Positions 25,705-35,932 are shown, numbered from the stretch's first letter. The stretch is 64,000 bases of DNA from an uncultured Lentimicrobiaceae bacterium (GCA_964610025.1 CAZSTX010000001.1:117209-181208), one strand, 5' to 3'. The notes: generated by a model from the letters alone, not told the origin. Made by a program: numbers and translations.

Positions 25705-28700
25705 ATGAGTTTATATCAATCAGCAGTTAAAAAGCCTATTATGACGGCATTGGTTTTTGTAGCTATTGCCATTATAGGAGTTTATAGTTTATCGAAATTA
25801 CCTGTAGATTTACTTCCAGATATGGGTTCTAATTCTATCATGGTTTTCACCACTTATCCAGGTGTAAGTGCATCAGATATAGAGAATAATATATCAAAAC
25901 CTCTCGAAAATGCACTCAATGGTCTTAGCGACTTAAAGCATATTACATCAGTATCTAAAGAAAATTTTTCTATCATTTATTTAGAATTTGAGTATGGAAT
26001 TGATATTGTAGAAGCCACTAATGATGTGAGAGATAAATTAGATATGGTCAAATCGGTTTTGCCCGATGGAGCTAATTTACCTTATATTTTTAAATTTAAT
26101 ACGCAAGATATTCCTATTCTTACTTTATCAGTACAATCTAACGAAAGTACCGATGCACTATATAAAATACTTGACGATAAAATAGCTTCAAGACTTAGTC
26201 GCATCAAAGGAGTAGGAACTGTATCTATTTCAGGAGCTCCTAAACGCGAAATACAAGTTTATTGCGATCCTTATAAATTAGAGTCTTATGGATTAACTAT
26301 CGAAGGGATTTCTTCCGTTATAGGTGCTGAAAATAGAAACACGCCTTTAGGAGTGATGGATGTGGGAAACCAAACCTATTCGATGCGTGTACAAGGGGAA
26401 TTTACCGATGCGGCTCATATGAATAATATCATAGTAGGGAGTTATAATAATCGAAATGTTTACCTAAGAGATGTAGCTGTTGTAAAAGATACTCTGCAAG
26501 AACGCATGCAAGAAGTGTATAATGATGGGATAAGAGGTGCCATGATTATTATTCAAAAACAAACAGGAGCTAATTCTGTAAGTATTGCTAAAGAAATATT
26601 TAAAGAATTGCCTAAAATAGAAAAAACCTTACCTTCTGATATTAAAATAGATGTAATCAACGACACTTCTATAAGTATTTTAAATACGATAGATAGCTTA
26701 AAAGAATCTATCTATATTATTTTATTATTAGTAGTTTTAGTCGTTTTATTCTTTTTAGGACGTTGGCGAGCTACTTTTATTATCATTATTGTTATTCCTA
26801 TTTCTTTAGTAGCTTCGTTTATTTATTTGTTACTATCTGGCAACACGCTAAACATCATATCGCTATCATCTATTAGTTTGGCGATAGGTATGGTTGTCGA
26901 CGATGCTATTGTAGTATTGGAAAATATTTCAACTCATATCGAACGTGGCAGTAAACCTAAACCTGCCGCTGTTTTTGCTACTAACGAAGTGTCACTATCT
27001 ATTATAGCCACTACCTTGGTATTATTTGCAGTATTCTTGCCTTTAACGATGATTGAAGGTATGTCGGGAGTTTTGTTCAAACAATTAGGATGGATAGTAA
27101 GCATCGTTATGTTGGTTTCTATGATAGCTGCCTTATCTTTAACTCCGATGTTATCGTCATTGCTTTTAAAAAACAATCCTAATAGGGGTAAGCTATTTGA
27201 TAGATTGTATGTTCCTATCGAAAACTTTTTAGATAAATTAGATAACGCTTATGCGAAGCTACTCAACAAGGCTTTGAATTACCGAAAAACAGTAATTATT
27301 TTTAGTTTTTTAATTTTTGCATCAAGCACCTTATTGATTTTACGCATACCCACCGAATTTTTTCCAACACAAGATAACGCAAGTTTATCTGCAAGAGTTA
27401 AACTCCCTATTGGCACTTCTCTTGAGACAAGTAAAAATTTAGCAATGGAAATAAGTCAAGAAATCAGAAAAGAGTTTCCCGAAATTAGAATGCTTAATTT
27501 TTCAGTTGGGCAACCTGACGAAACCAATACTTTTGGTATGCTATCAGACAACGGAAATCATATTATAGCTTTTAATATCAAATTATTAAGAAAAACAGAA
27601 AGAAAAAGAGGCATTGCCGAAATTTCCGATGCTTTACGTTTGTTATTAAAACGTTATCCTGAAATAAGAACTTACACAGTAAGCACAGGAAGAGGGGGAA
27701 TGGGTGGACAAAATACAGTTGATATCGAAATTTATGGTCATAGTTTTGAAGAGAGCGATAAATTTGCTGCTGATATTTCGAAACGTATGGAAAAAGTAAA
27801 AGGCTGCTCGCAAGTAAATATTAGTAGAGATGAGTATGCACCTGAAATACAAGTCGATTTTGATAGAGATAAATTAGCAGAAAATGCTTTAAATTTATCA
27901 ACAGTTTCTTTATATATTCGCAACCGTTTCAATGGTGCTATTGCTTCTTATTATCGCGAAGATGGAGAAGAGTATGATATAAGAGTGCGTTATGCTCCTG
28001 AATATAGGAAAGATATAGAAGCTATCGAAGATATTTTAATATATAACAATCTCGGAAATGCCATGAGAATTAAAGATATAGGAAGGGTAGTAGAGCGAAT
28101 GGCACCACCTGCTATCGAACGTAAAGATAGGGAACGTATGGTTACTGTTTCTTGTGTTGTAGGTAAAGACGGCGTATTAAGCGAAGTGGTAGCTGCTGCT
28201 GAAAAAGAATTAGCAGAAATAGATTATGGAGGTAACTTAGATTATAAAATAGGTGGAGTTTGGGAAGAACAACAAGAATCTTTTGCAGATCTTATCTCAC
28301 TCATGTTGTTGATAGTAGTATTAGTATATATTGTCATGGCATCTCAATTTGAATCTTTTGTATATCCTTTTGTTATCATGTTTTCGATTCCTTTTGCATT
28401 TACAGGAGTTTTCCTTGGATTAGCATTAACAAATACACCCTTAGGTATTATGGCTTTATTAGGAGCTATGATGTTGATAGGTATTGTCGTGAAAAATGGA
28501 ATTGTTTTAATTGACTATACTATTTTATGTAGAGAAAGAGAAATGACAGTAAAAGATGCTGTTGTAACAGCAGGTCGTTCGCGTTTACGTCCCATTTTAA
28601 TGACTACTTTGACAACAGTATTAGGTATGGTGCCTTTAGCTATGGGTACTGGCGAAGGAGCCGAAATGTGGAACGCAATGGGAATGACAGTAGCATGGGG

Positions 28701-28827
28701 ATTATCTATTTCTACATTAGTCACTTTAATTTTAATACCTATATTGTATAGCGTTTTTGCTGACTTTGGTATCAAAAGAAAAGCAAAAAAACAATTAAAA
28801 AAACACAATAATTCAATTGAAAATTAA
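25705..28827 (+). CDS. RND (AcrB/HAE1 family) efflux permease
   Basis: About 1040 aa with 12-TM AcrB architecture. ATG at 25705 preferred over the TTG at 25699. Confidence 0.9.
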   Translation: MSLYQSAVKKPIMTALVFVAIAIIGVYSLSKLPVDLLPDMGSNSIMVFTTYPGVSASDIENNISKPLENALNGLSDLKHITSVSKENFSIIYLEFEYGIDIVEATNDVRDKLDMVKSVLPDGANLPYIFKFNTQDIPILTLSVQSNESTDALYKILDDKIASRLSRIKGVGTVSISGAPKREIQVYCDPYKLESYGLTIEGISSVIGAENRNTPLGVMDVGNQTYSMRVQGEFTDAAHMNNIIVGSYNNRNVYLRDVAVVKDTLQERMQEVYNDGIRGAMIIIQKQTGANSVSIAKEIFKELPKIEKTLPSDIKIDVINDTSISILNTIDSLKESIYIILLLVVLVVLFFLGRWRATFIIIIVIPISLVASFIYLLLSGNTLNIISLSSISLAIGMVVDDAIVVLENISTHIERGSKPKPAAVFATNEVSLSIIATTLVLFAVFLPLTMIEGMSGVLFKQLGWIVSIVMLVSMIAALSLTPMLSSLLLKNNPNRGKLFDRLYVPIENFLDKLDNAYAKLLNKALNYRKTVIIFSFLIFASSTLLILRIPTEFFPTQDNASLSARVKLPIGTSLETSKNLAMEISQEIRKEFPEIRMLNFSVGQPDETNTFGMLSDNGNHIIAFNIKLLRKTERKRGIAEISDALRLLLKRYPEIRTYTVSTGRGGMGGQNTVDIEIYGHSFEESDKFAADISKRMEKVKGCSQVNISRDEYAPEIQVDFDRDKLAENALNLSTVSLYIRNRFNGAIASYYREDGEEYDIRVRYAPEYRKDIEAIEDILIYNNLGNAMRIKDIGRVVERMAPPAIERKDRERMVTVSCVVGKDGVLSEVVAAAEKELAEIDYGGNLDYKIGGVWEEQQESFADLISLMLLIVVLVYIVMASQFESFVYPFVIMFSIPFAFTGVFLGLALTNTPLGIMALLGAMMLIGIVVKNGIVLIDYTILCREREMTVKDAVVTAGRSRLRPILMTTLTTVLGMVPLAMGTGEGAEMWNAMGMTVAWGLSISTLVTLILIPILYSVFADFGIKRKAKKQLKKHNNSIEN

Positions 28828-28838
28828 TAAAATATATT

Positions 28839-29156
28839 ATGAAAGCTGTATTCATTTCGTTTTATCAGGCTTTTTACGAAGAAGTATTAGAAGTGCTAAA
28901 GAAACACGAAATAAGAGGATTTACTGCATGGAGAGAAGTCTATGGTAAAGGAACAGACGATGGTGAGCCACATTATGGCAGCCACGCTTGGCCGGCTATT
29001 AATGATGCCATTATTTCTTTTATCCCCGACGAAAAAGTAATCCCTTTATTAAAAGATATTCATTCTTTAGATTTAAGTGCTCCTAAACAGGGAATTAGAG
29101 CTTTTGTGTTGCATGCCGAAGAATATACAAACAAAGATTTTGAAATGCAATCTTAA
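28839..29156 (+). CDS. PG0541-family transporter-associated protein (P-II-like fold)
   Basis: 105-aa ORF immediately after the RND gene, the position typical of this small family in Bacteroidota. Confidence 0.5.
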   Translation: MKAVFISFYQAFYEEVLEVLKKHEIRGFTAWREVYGKGTDDGEPHYGSHAWPAINDAIISFIPDEKVIPLLKDIHSLDLSAPKQGIRAFVLHAEEYTNKDFEMQS

Positions 29157-29158
29157 AA

Positions 29159-29731
29159 CTATAATTCCTTTTTAATAGTGATATAAGAAGGAAAAACATA
29201 CTGATTTATAGTAGGTTTTAGCTTTATAGATAAAAGAGAAGTATTTTGAGTGTTCTTGCCTATAATGTTTTTATAGAGTGTGAAAATATTTTCTATTGTT
29301 GTTTTTGTTAATACATTAAAAACATTTACTTTTACTTTGATGGATAGTAAATTATAGTTTTTTGCTTCTACAATCAATTTTTCGTTTAAATTACCTCTTG
29401 CTATCTCATTGTTTTCTAATAAGATAATATAGTCTAATTGGTCTAACGAAACGGCTTTCTGATTGGGATTACTTATTTTTAATACCACATCAAAAGATAA
29501 ATCGATGCTTTTATTCGCTAATGATGCAATTATTTTGAGCATATCAACATTGTCGATTTGGTTAATATTGTTGATATTATCTATTTTTACCGATGCTATT
29601 TTAATATTTTCTATTCTGCTTAAAATAAAGCTACACTGCGATAAACGTTTTGCATTCGATAAAATGCTGCAAGCAAAAAAAGCAATTGTTAGCATTATGA
29701 AAAACAATAGAGAAATAAAAAAATTCTTCAT
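29159..29731 (-). CDS. hypothetical lipoprotein (LEA-2/WHy-like possible)
   Basis: 190 aa. Signal sequence with Cys (FFACS). The repetitive beta-rich sequence resembles LEA type 2 domains. Confidence 0.35.
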   Translation of the reverse strand: MKNFFISLLFFIMLTIAFFACSILSNAKRLSQCSFILSRIENIKIASVKIDNINNINQIDNVDMLKIIASLANKSIDLSFDVVLKISNPNQKAVSLDQLDYIILLENNEIARGNLNEKLIVEAKNYNLLSIKVKVNVFNVLTKTTIENIFTLYKNIIGKNTQNTSLLSIKLKPTINQYVFPSYITIKKEL

Positions 29732-29801
29732 AAAAATTAAATATATATAATAATTAACGCTAAAATATTTTTTAATATTACTTGTTAAATAAAAAACTGT
29801 G

Positions 29802-29809
29802 TACTTTTG
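29802..29809 (+). promoter_or_regulatory. -7 promoter box TACTTTTG
   Basis: TAnnTTTG match 28 nt upstream of the GTG start at 29837. Confidence 0.35.
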
Positions 29810-29836
29810 TATTTTCTAATCTAAAAAATATTAATA

Positions 29837-30550
29837 GTGAAAGCAAAAGATATAAAAAGCGAACTTTTATGTTTAGCTAATCCTGAAAAAAAGGCAATTT
29901 TACAAACTTTTTTCAAAACAGGAAAAGGAGAATATGGCGAAGGAGATAAATTTTTAGGAGTTACAGTACCTCAATTACGAGCTATTGTTAAAAAAACGGA
30001 AAATTTACCTATTAGTGAAATAAAAAAAATGATTTATGATGAATACCATGAATGCCGTTTAATAGGATTGCTGCTTTTAGTTGCTTTATTTGAAAAGAAT
30101 AAAGACGAAACGCTTCGTCATACTATTTATCAAACTTATGTTCAATCGGCTGACTATATTAATAGTTGGGATTTAGTTGATCTTACAGCTCCCAATATAG
30201 TAGGTGCATATTTATGGGGAAAAGACAATAATGATTTAATAAAATTTGCTAATTCACAACACTTATGGTTACAACGTATAGCTATCGTTGCCACTTATTA
30301 TTTTATTACTAAAAGAGAATTTCAACCTACACTTACAATTGCTAACATACTCTTACATCATTCTCACGATTTGATTCACAAAGCAGTAGGTTGGATGTTA
30401 AGAGAAGTAGGAAAAAGAAATTTCGACATAGAATATCATTACTTATTAGAAAACAAACGATATAATTTAATGCCCAGAACGATGTTACGTTATGCTATTG
30501 AAAAATTTCCTGAAAAACTACGACAAGATTTTTTAAAAGGACGACTTTAA
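29837..30550 (+). CDS. DNA alkylation repair protein (AlkD-like HEAT repeats)
   Basis: 237 aa. NSWDLVDLTAPNIVG and HKAVGWMLREVGKR are typical of the DNA alkylation repair enzyme family. Confidence 0.75.
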   Translation: MKAKDIKSELLCLANPEKKAILQTFFKTGKGEYGEGDKFLGVTVPQLRAIVKKTENLPISEIKKMIYDEYHECRLIGLLLLVALFEKNKDETLRHTIYQTYVQSADYINSWDLVDLTAPNIVGAYLWGKDNNDLIKFANSQHLWLQRIAIVATYYFITKREFQPTLTIANILLHHSHDLIHKAVGWMLREVGKRNFDIEYHYLLENKRYNLMPRTMLRYAIEKFPEKLRQDFLKGRL

Positions 30551-30609
30551 TAATTTTTTAACTATTAATATTTTTCTAAAAAAAACATATATTACTTGAA
30601 AAAATGTTT

Positions 30610-30617
30610 TATTTTTG
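30610..30617 (+). promoter_or_regulatory. -7 promoter box TATTTTTG
   Basis: TAnnTTTG match 62 nt upstream of the crcB ATG. Confidence 0.3.
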
Positions 30618-30678
30618 CACATAGAAAAAATTATAAATATCACAGATAATAACAATAACATAGAAATTTTTTTATAAA

Positions 30679-31041
30679 ATGATAAAACAAATTTTATTCG
30701 TTGGACTTGGTGGTGGAATTGGAAGTGTTTTACGTTTTTTGACTTCGACATTAACAGTGAAATATTTTTCACATACTTTTCCGCTTGCAACTTTTTTGAC
30801 AAATATCATTGGTTGTTTTGTAATAGGGCTTTTAATTGGACAAAATATTCATGCAAACAACTCTTTGAAACTTTTGTTAATTGCAGGCTTTTGTGGTGGA
30901 TACACCACGTTTTCGGCTTTTGCTTCCGAAAATTTATCACTCTTACAAACAAATAATTATTTAATTGCTATTCTTTATATTGGTGCAAGTATTTTTGCTG
31001 GTTTATTTGCAGTTTGGGTTGGAATAATATTAACAAAATAA
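30679..31041 (+). CDS. crcB: fluoride efflux channel CrcB/FluC
   Basis: 120 aa with four TM segments. GGGIGSVLRF and GFCGGYTTFSAF motifs. Confidence 0.85.
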   Translation: MIKQILFVGLGGGIGSVLRFLTSTLTVKYFSHTFPLATFLTNIIGCFVIGLLIGQNIHANNSLKLLLIAGFCGGYTTFSAFASENLSLLQTNNYLIAILYIGASIFAGLFAVWVGIILTK

Positions 31042-31475
31042 TAAAAAAAATGACTGCAAAGTTATTCATTAACATTTAGCAATATTAACTTTTGTTTACT
31101 TACTCGGACATTGCATTGGGCATTTTACTTGCTAAACTTCTGATGACCAGAAAATGATTAAACCCGTTCCTGAGATATAAAGTTACAGCCTTAGATTTAT
31201 GAGCCTAACAAAAAGTATAGCAGATTACTGTAATGGATACAGTTTGATGATGTTTGAAGTTTACATATTGAGCCATTACGTTACTTTGGATTTTGTCGAA
31301 TCAAACGAAATTCAATATAAAACTTGTTAAACAACGAACCGTTAACAAGCGTATTGGAAAAATGGTGGGGGCAAAGTGCTTCCATTTTTTTATTCTATTT
31401 TTAATTATTTCAATTTGATTTGCTAAAGTTAAATTGAAAAATGCATTTTTTTTTTGTTGTTATTATAAAAAAATG

Positions 31476-31483
31476 TATTTTTG
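31476..31483 (+). promoter_or_regulatory. -7 promoter box TATTTTTG
   Basis: TAnnTTTG match 47 nt upstream of the ATG at 31530. Confidence 0.35.
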
Positions 31484-31529
31484 CATTTCAATTTAAAATT
31501 CTAAGTATTAATTATAAAATATAATAAAA

Positions 31530-32237
31530 ATGAAAGTTATTAAAATAATCAGTGTTAGTTTATTGTTAATAGTAAGTACAGTTATTGTCAATGCACAAGA
31601 TTTGAAAACATCAAAAGACTCTATAGGTTACGCCTTAGGTTTTCAGGTAGGAGAATCATTTTTTTTGAATCAAATAGATTTTATAACATTAGAAGCTTAT
31701 TTAGCAGGTTTTGAAGTGGGTTTTAAAGGAAATCGTTCACAAGCTAAAATAAAAGATCCAGAACTTAGCGAATTAATTAAACGTTTTCAAACGATGGCGC
31801 AACAGCGACAAGAAGAAAACAATGCAAGAGAAGCTAGTTTCAATAAATTCATTGCTAAAGATATGATGGAGAAGAATTTAAAAGAAGACAAAGAAGTTGT
31901 ACAAACTGCAAGCGGCTTGCAATATAAAATATTAGTAAAAGGAAAAGGAGCAAAACCCACAGCTACCGATAAAGTAAAAGTACATTATGTAGGAACATTA
32001 TACGACGGCACTGTATTCGACTCTTCAGTACAAAGAGGCGAACCTGTTACATTTCCTTTAAATCAAGTAATTAAAGGTTGGACAGAAGGATTACAATTGA
32101 TGAATGTTGGAAGTAAATATAAATTTTGGATACCATCTGAATTAGCTTATGGTGACCGACCAGTAGGGCAAGTCTCAAAAAGTGCAGGTTCTATGTTAAT
32201 CTTTGAAGTAGAATTGATTGCTATCAATCCTGAATAA
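31530..32237 (+). CDS. FKBP-type peptidyl-prolyl cis-trans isomerase (FkpA/Mip-like)
   Basis: 235 aa. Signal peptide, FKBP_N dimerisation region, and the FKBP core (VHYVGTLYDGTVFDSS ... IKGWTEGLQLM ... LIFEVELI). Confidence 0.85.
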   Translation: MKVIKIISVSLLLIVSTVIVNAQDLKTSKDSIGYALGFQVGESFFLNQIDFITLEAYLAGFEVGFKGNRSQAKIKDPELSELIKRFQTMAQQRQEENNAREASFNKFIAKDMMEKNLKEDKEVVQTASGLQYKILVKGKGAKPTATDKVKVHYVGTLYDGTVFDSSVQRGEPVTFPLNQVIKGWTEGLQLMNVGSKYKFWIPSELAYGDRPVGQVSKSAGSMLIFEVELIAINPE

Positions 32238-32379
32238 ACTTTTTGTAAGTATTAACACAAGTACTATCTTTTTAAGCTAGTATCTATTTATTAAATAAAA
32301 TATGAATGACTAAGTTGTTTATTTTTCTTTTTTTACTTGCTATTTTTATTTTAGATATTGCTCTTTATATTTTTGGATA

Positions 32380-33060
32380 ATGATGCTATATTTGAATGAT
32401 GATACTATCAGATTTTATATTATATTGTTTGCATGTATTGTTTTGATATATATTCCTTTTATAGGAAAATATATCCGTCTAATAAGCACTATGATTCACG
32501 AAGGAGGACATGTTTTAATGGGATTAATATTAGGAGAAAAAATAATAAAAGTAAATCTTTTTAAAGATGCTTCTGGCGAAGCTGCTGTTAGTATATCAAA
32601 TAAATTTAAAAAACTAATGATAGCACTTGTTGGATATCCATCAACTGCTTTAATGGCGTTTTTTAGCTTTTGGTTAATTTCTAAAACTTATCATTATTAT
32701 TATGTTATAGGAATTACTGTATTGGTTGCTATTTTTCTTTTATTTTATATACGCAATTTATTTGGTATAATTTGGGCATTATCTTTTGTGATTGCCAATG
32801 GATTACTAATTTATTTTCAGCAATTAACAACTATTTCTATTTTAGCACAAATTTATGCTTGCATTATTTTTATTGAATCTATTTTTTCTTGTTTTATTTT
32901 AACATATATATCCTTTGCATCGCCTAAAACACAAAGCGATGCAAGCAATGTTGCTAGCGTTATTTTTTTACCTAAACAATTAGTAGCCATAATTTTTACA
33001 GCTTTCAATTTGTATATAGCTTATGTAACTACAATATGTTTTTTCCCTAATATAAATTAA
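32380..33060 (+). CDS. M50-family (M50B-like) membrane metallopeptidase
   Basis: 226 aa, multi-TM, with HEGGH in STMIHEGGHVLMG. Confidence 0.6.
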   Translation: MMLYLNDDTIRFYIILFACIVLIYIPFIGKYIRLISTMIHEGGHVLMGLILGEKIIKVNLFKDASGEAAVSISNKFKKLMIALVGYPSTALMAFFSFWLISKTYHYYYVIGITVLVAIFLLFYIRNLFGIIWALSFVIANGLLIYFQQLTTISILAQIYACIIFIESIFSCFILTYISFASPKTQSDASNVASVIFLPKQLVAIIFTAFNLYIAYVTTICFFPNIN

Positions 33061-33071
33061 AATTATCACAT

Positions 33072-33548
33072 ATGAAAACTATTTACCTTATTAGACATGC
33101 AAAAACTAATTCTGCTGAATTTGACAGCGATAGAACATTAATTCCATTAGGGATTGATAGAACACATAAACTTGGGCAATACTTAAAATTAATGACAACA
33201 AAAGTAGATAAAATTTATGCCAGTTCAGCTTTAAGAGCTTTGCAAACAGCTAAAATATTAGCCCCTTATTTACGTAAAAAAGAAAAAGATATTCACACAA
33301 CTAAATCTTTATATTTAACCAATGAAGAAGAGTATTTTAACATATTACTCTCACTCAAAGATAAAGAAACAAGTATTTTGTTCGTTGGACATAATCCAGA
33401 AGTAACAAATATAGTTCGTTTTTTTATACCTGATTATAATGGATATATGCGAACAAGTGAATGCTATGCTATTGATATTTACGCTGATAGTTGGCAAGAT
33501 ATTTTTACTGCTAAAAGAGAAATTCGTTTTTCAAAATTAATAAGATAA
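33072..33548 (+). CDS. histidine phosphatase family protein (SixA-like)
   Basis: 158 aa. N-terminal IYLIRHAKT (RHG-type motif) and a later GHNP. Confidence 0.65.
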   Translation: MKTIYLIRHAKTNSAEFDSDRTLIPLGIDRTHKLGQYLKLMTTKVDKIYASSALRALQTAKILAPYLRKKEKDIHTTKSLYLTNEEEYFNILLSLKDKETSILFVGHNPEVTNIVRFFIPDYNGYMRTSECYAIDIYADSWQDIFTAKREIRFSKLIR

Positions 33549-33553
33549 ATAAA

Positions 33554-33970
33554 ATGAAATCACATCGTAAAGAATTATTTTTTACTATTCCCACGCGAAG
33601 GGGTTTAGTAAATATTACTCCTTTAGTACAACAAGCAATTCTTGAATCAGGAGTGAAAGAAGGATTGGTATTAGTTAATGCTATGCACATTACGGCAAGC
33701 GTTTTTATAAACGACGATGAAAGCGGCTTACATCACGATTATGAAGTGTGGTTAGAAAAGTTAGCTCCCGAAAAACCCTATAGCCAATACAGACATAATG
33801 GATTTGAAGATAACGCCGACGCACATCTCAAACGCACTGTTATGGGAAGAGAAGTAGTGGTAGCTATTACTAACGGACAATTAGATTTCGGACCTTGGGA
33901 ACAGATATTTTATTTTGAATTTGATGGAAAAAGAAAAAAAAGAGCCTTAATAAAAATAATAGGAGAATAA
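33554..33970 (+). CDS. yjbQ: YjbQ/UPF0047 secondary thiamine-phosphate synthase family protein
   Basis: 138 aa. [12 protein letters not shown] and NADAHLK ... [16 protein letters not shown] are typical of UPF0047. Confidence 0.8.
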   Translation: MKSHRKELFFTIPTRRGLVNITPLVQQAILESGVKEGLVLVNAMHITASVFINDDESGLHHDYEVWLEKLAPEKPYSQYRHNGFEDNADAHLKRTVMGREVVVAITNGQLDFGPWEQIFYFEFDGKRKKRALIKIIGE

Positions 33971-34048
33971 ATATTGAGTTAAAAAAAAATACTTTTTAAT
34001 TATAAGCAACTATTTCAACATTTTTAACGACTTATATCAAAAACAAAG

Positions 34049-34582
34049 ATGTTTTCGGAAGAAAAACTTATTAAAGAATGTATAAAAGGAAACAGAAAAG
34101 CTCAAAAAGAATTATATGATAAATACAATGCTTTGCTTTTTGCTTTATGCCTACGTTATACCCAAACAAGAGAAGAAGCCGAAGACATTATGATAACAGG
34201 ATTTATGAAAATATTTGAGTCGCTCCCAAATTATAAACATGAAGGTTCATTTGAAGGATGGATAAAAAAAATATTGATACATAAAGCTATCGATTATTTT
34301 AGAACAAATAAAAAATACAGCATGAACCTAAACATAGAAGAAGTTGAAATAGCTAGCACCACTGTCAATACAGCATATCAAGATATGAGCACACAATATA
34401 TTTTAAAACAAATACAATCAATGCCAAATGGATACAGACAAATATTTAATTTATACGCTATAGAAGGCTATAAGCATGGCGAAATAGCCGAAATGCTCAA
34501 TATATCAGAAAGTACTTCAAAAACACAATATGCTAAAGCTAAAAAATGGCTCCAATGTAGATTGAAAGACTATAAATATTAA
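34049..34582 (+). CDS. ECF-type RNA polymerase sigma factor
   Basis: 177 aa. Region 2 (AEDIMITGFMKIF ... WIKKILIHKAIDYFR) and a region 4 HTH (YKHGEIAEMLNISESTSKTQYAKAK). Confidence 0.8.
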   Translation: MFSEEKLIKECIKGNRKAQKELYDKYNALLFALCLRYTQTREEAEDIMITGFMKIFESLPNYKHEGSFEGWIKKILIHKAIDYFRTNKKYSMNLNIEEVEIASTTVNTAYQDMSTQYILKQIQSMPNGYRQIFNLYAIEGYKHGEIAEMLNISESTSKTQYAKAKKWLQCRLKDYKY

Positions 34583-34588
34583 AAAAAA

Positions 34589-35509
34589 ATGAAAGCAAAT
34601 TTCGAAAAAGACTTACAGAATATTTTCAAAGAATATGGTGAATCGCCTTCACCAGACTGCTGGTCGAAATTGTCTAATCGTTTAGACATTGCTTATAATC
34701 AATCTACTCCTGCTGGTGGAAATGCTTCTTCCGTTTTAACGAAAGTTTTTAAATCAACCATAGGTAAAGTAAGCATAAGTGCTGCTGTAATTGCTACTGT
34801 CGGAACAACAGTTTATCTGTTAAACAATACAAGTAAAGAAGATAATATTGTACAAAATCAAATAACTATAGAAACGCCCCATGCTATTATCGACACTACG
34901 AACGATACTGTGCTTGTTGTTGAAGAAATTACTAATGGGTCTCTTCCCGAAAATCGAAAAGCAACAACTAAATTAGATAATAATAAAACTACAGCTGTAG
35001 CACCGTCTATAACTGAAGTTGAAAATAATAAAACTTCTTTACATACGACTGAAACATTCGATTTTTCTGTTGTAAATCAAAATGATAAACAGCAAGAAAT
35101 AATAAAAGATAAAACAACACAACCTACGAAAAAAGAAATAAACAATAAAACATCAATCACAAAAGAAGAAAGTGTTGAAAAAGAAAAAACAACAGAAAAT
35201 AAGATACGAAAAGTAGTAGAAGAAGAGGAAGAAGAAATTATGCAACCTCGTTTTGATATTCCTAATATTTTTACGCCCAATGGCGATAATATTAATGATT
35301 ACTTTGTTATTGAAGCTGTCGATGGTGTTACGAATGGACATTTGTATATTTATAGTGTAAATGGCAGAGTATTATACGAAAAAGAAAATTATCAAAATGA
35401 TTTTTATGGAGAATATCTGCCCGATGGACTTTATTTATATATCTATAAATTTATTTATAAAAATAAAGAATTTATACGTAAAGGAATGCTAACCATTAAA
35501 AGAGATTAA
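34589..35509 (+). CDS. single-pass membrane protein in anti-sigma position with a T9SS type-B (gliding-motility) C-terminal domain
   Basis: 306 aa starting 7 nt after the sigma gene. About 60-aa N-terminal cytoplasmic part, TM VSISAAVIATVGTTVYLL, T/N/K/E-rich linker, then IPNIFTPNGDNINDYFVIE (from about 35252). Confidence 0.6.
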   Translation: MKANFEKDLQNIFKEYGESPSPDCWSKLSNRLDIAYNQSTPAGGNASSVLTKVFKSTIGKVSISAAVIATVGTTVYLLNNTSKEDNIVQNQITIETPHAIIDTTNDTVLVVEEITNGSLPENRKATTKLDNNKTTAVAPSITEVENNKTSLHTTETFDFSVVNQNDKQQEIIKDKTTQPTKKEINNKTSITKEESVEKEKTTENKIRKVVEEEEEEIMQPRFDIPNIFTPNGDNINDYFVIEAVDGVTNGHLYIYSVNGRVLYEKENYQNDFYGEYLPDGLYLYIYKFIYKNKEFIRKGMLTIKRD

Positions 35510-35539
35510 AGTAATACTAATAGCGCTTATCCAAAGTGT

Positions 35540-35932
35540 ATGAATAAAAAAGTATTATTTGTCTGTATCGGAAATACTTGCAGAAGTCCAATGGCAGAGG
35601 CTATTTACCAACATTTTATCAATTCTAATGTGCATAGTTGTGGCATAAAAATAAACGCTAAATACATTAACGAACACACAATAGAAGTGATAAATAACAA
35701 ACTTAATATCGATTTAACAAACAAACAAACTACTGATATAAAAAACTTGAATTTAAGCGAATTTAATCTTATCTATGCATTAGATACAGAAGTAAGCGAT
35801 TATTTAAGAAATAGTAAGATAAAAAAAGTATTTAATATGTTTGTCGATGACCCTTATGGTAAAAACATAGCGAATTATTATAAAGTATATGACGATTTAT
35901 TAAATAAAATTAGAAAAACGTCTATCTTTTAA
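35540..35932 (+). CDS. low-molecular-weight protein-tyrosine phosphatase / ArsC-like
   Basis: 130 aa. CX5R(S) P-loop VCIGNTCRSPMAE and a downstream DP motif. Confidence 0.75.
   Translation: MNKKVLFVCIGNTCRSPMAEAIYQHFINSNVHSCGIKINAKYINEHTIEVINNKLNIDLTNKQTTDIKNLNLSEFNLIYALDTEVSDYLRNSKIKKVFNMFVDDPYGKNIANYYKVYDDLLNKIRKTSIF

Noticed and set aside
30551-30678. Fluoride riboswitch expected upstream of crcB
   Set aside because: The 128-nt leader is almost pure A/T and shows none of the conserved G/C-rich crcB-motif segments that I recall (GGnGAUGG ... CUGAUGAUGCC). No riboswitch is called.
31363-31372. TGGTGGGGGC (reverse complement GCCCCCACCA) as a tRNA- or tmRNA-like 3' end
   Set aside because: No acceptor or T-arm can be folded from the flanks and there is no tag-peptide reading frame. 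On the minus strand, the RNA body would have to overlap the FKBP promoter and gene.
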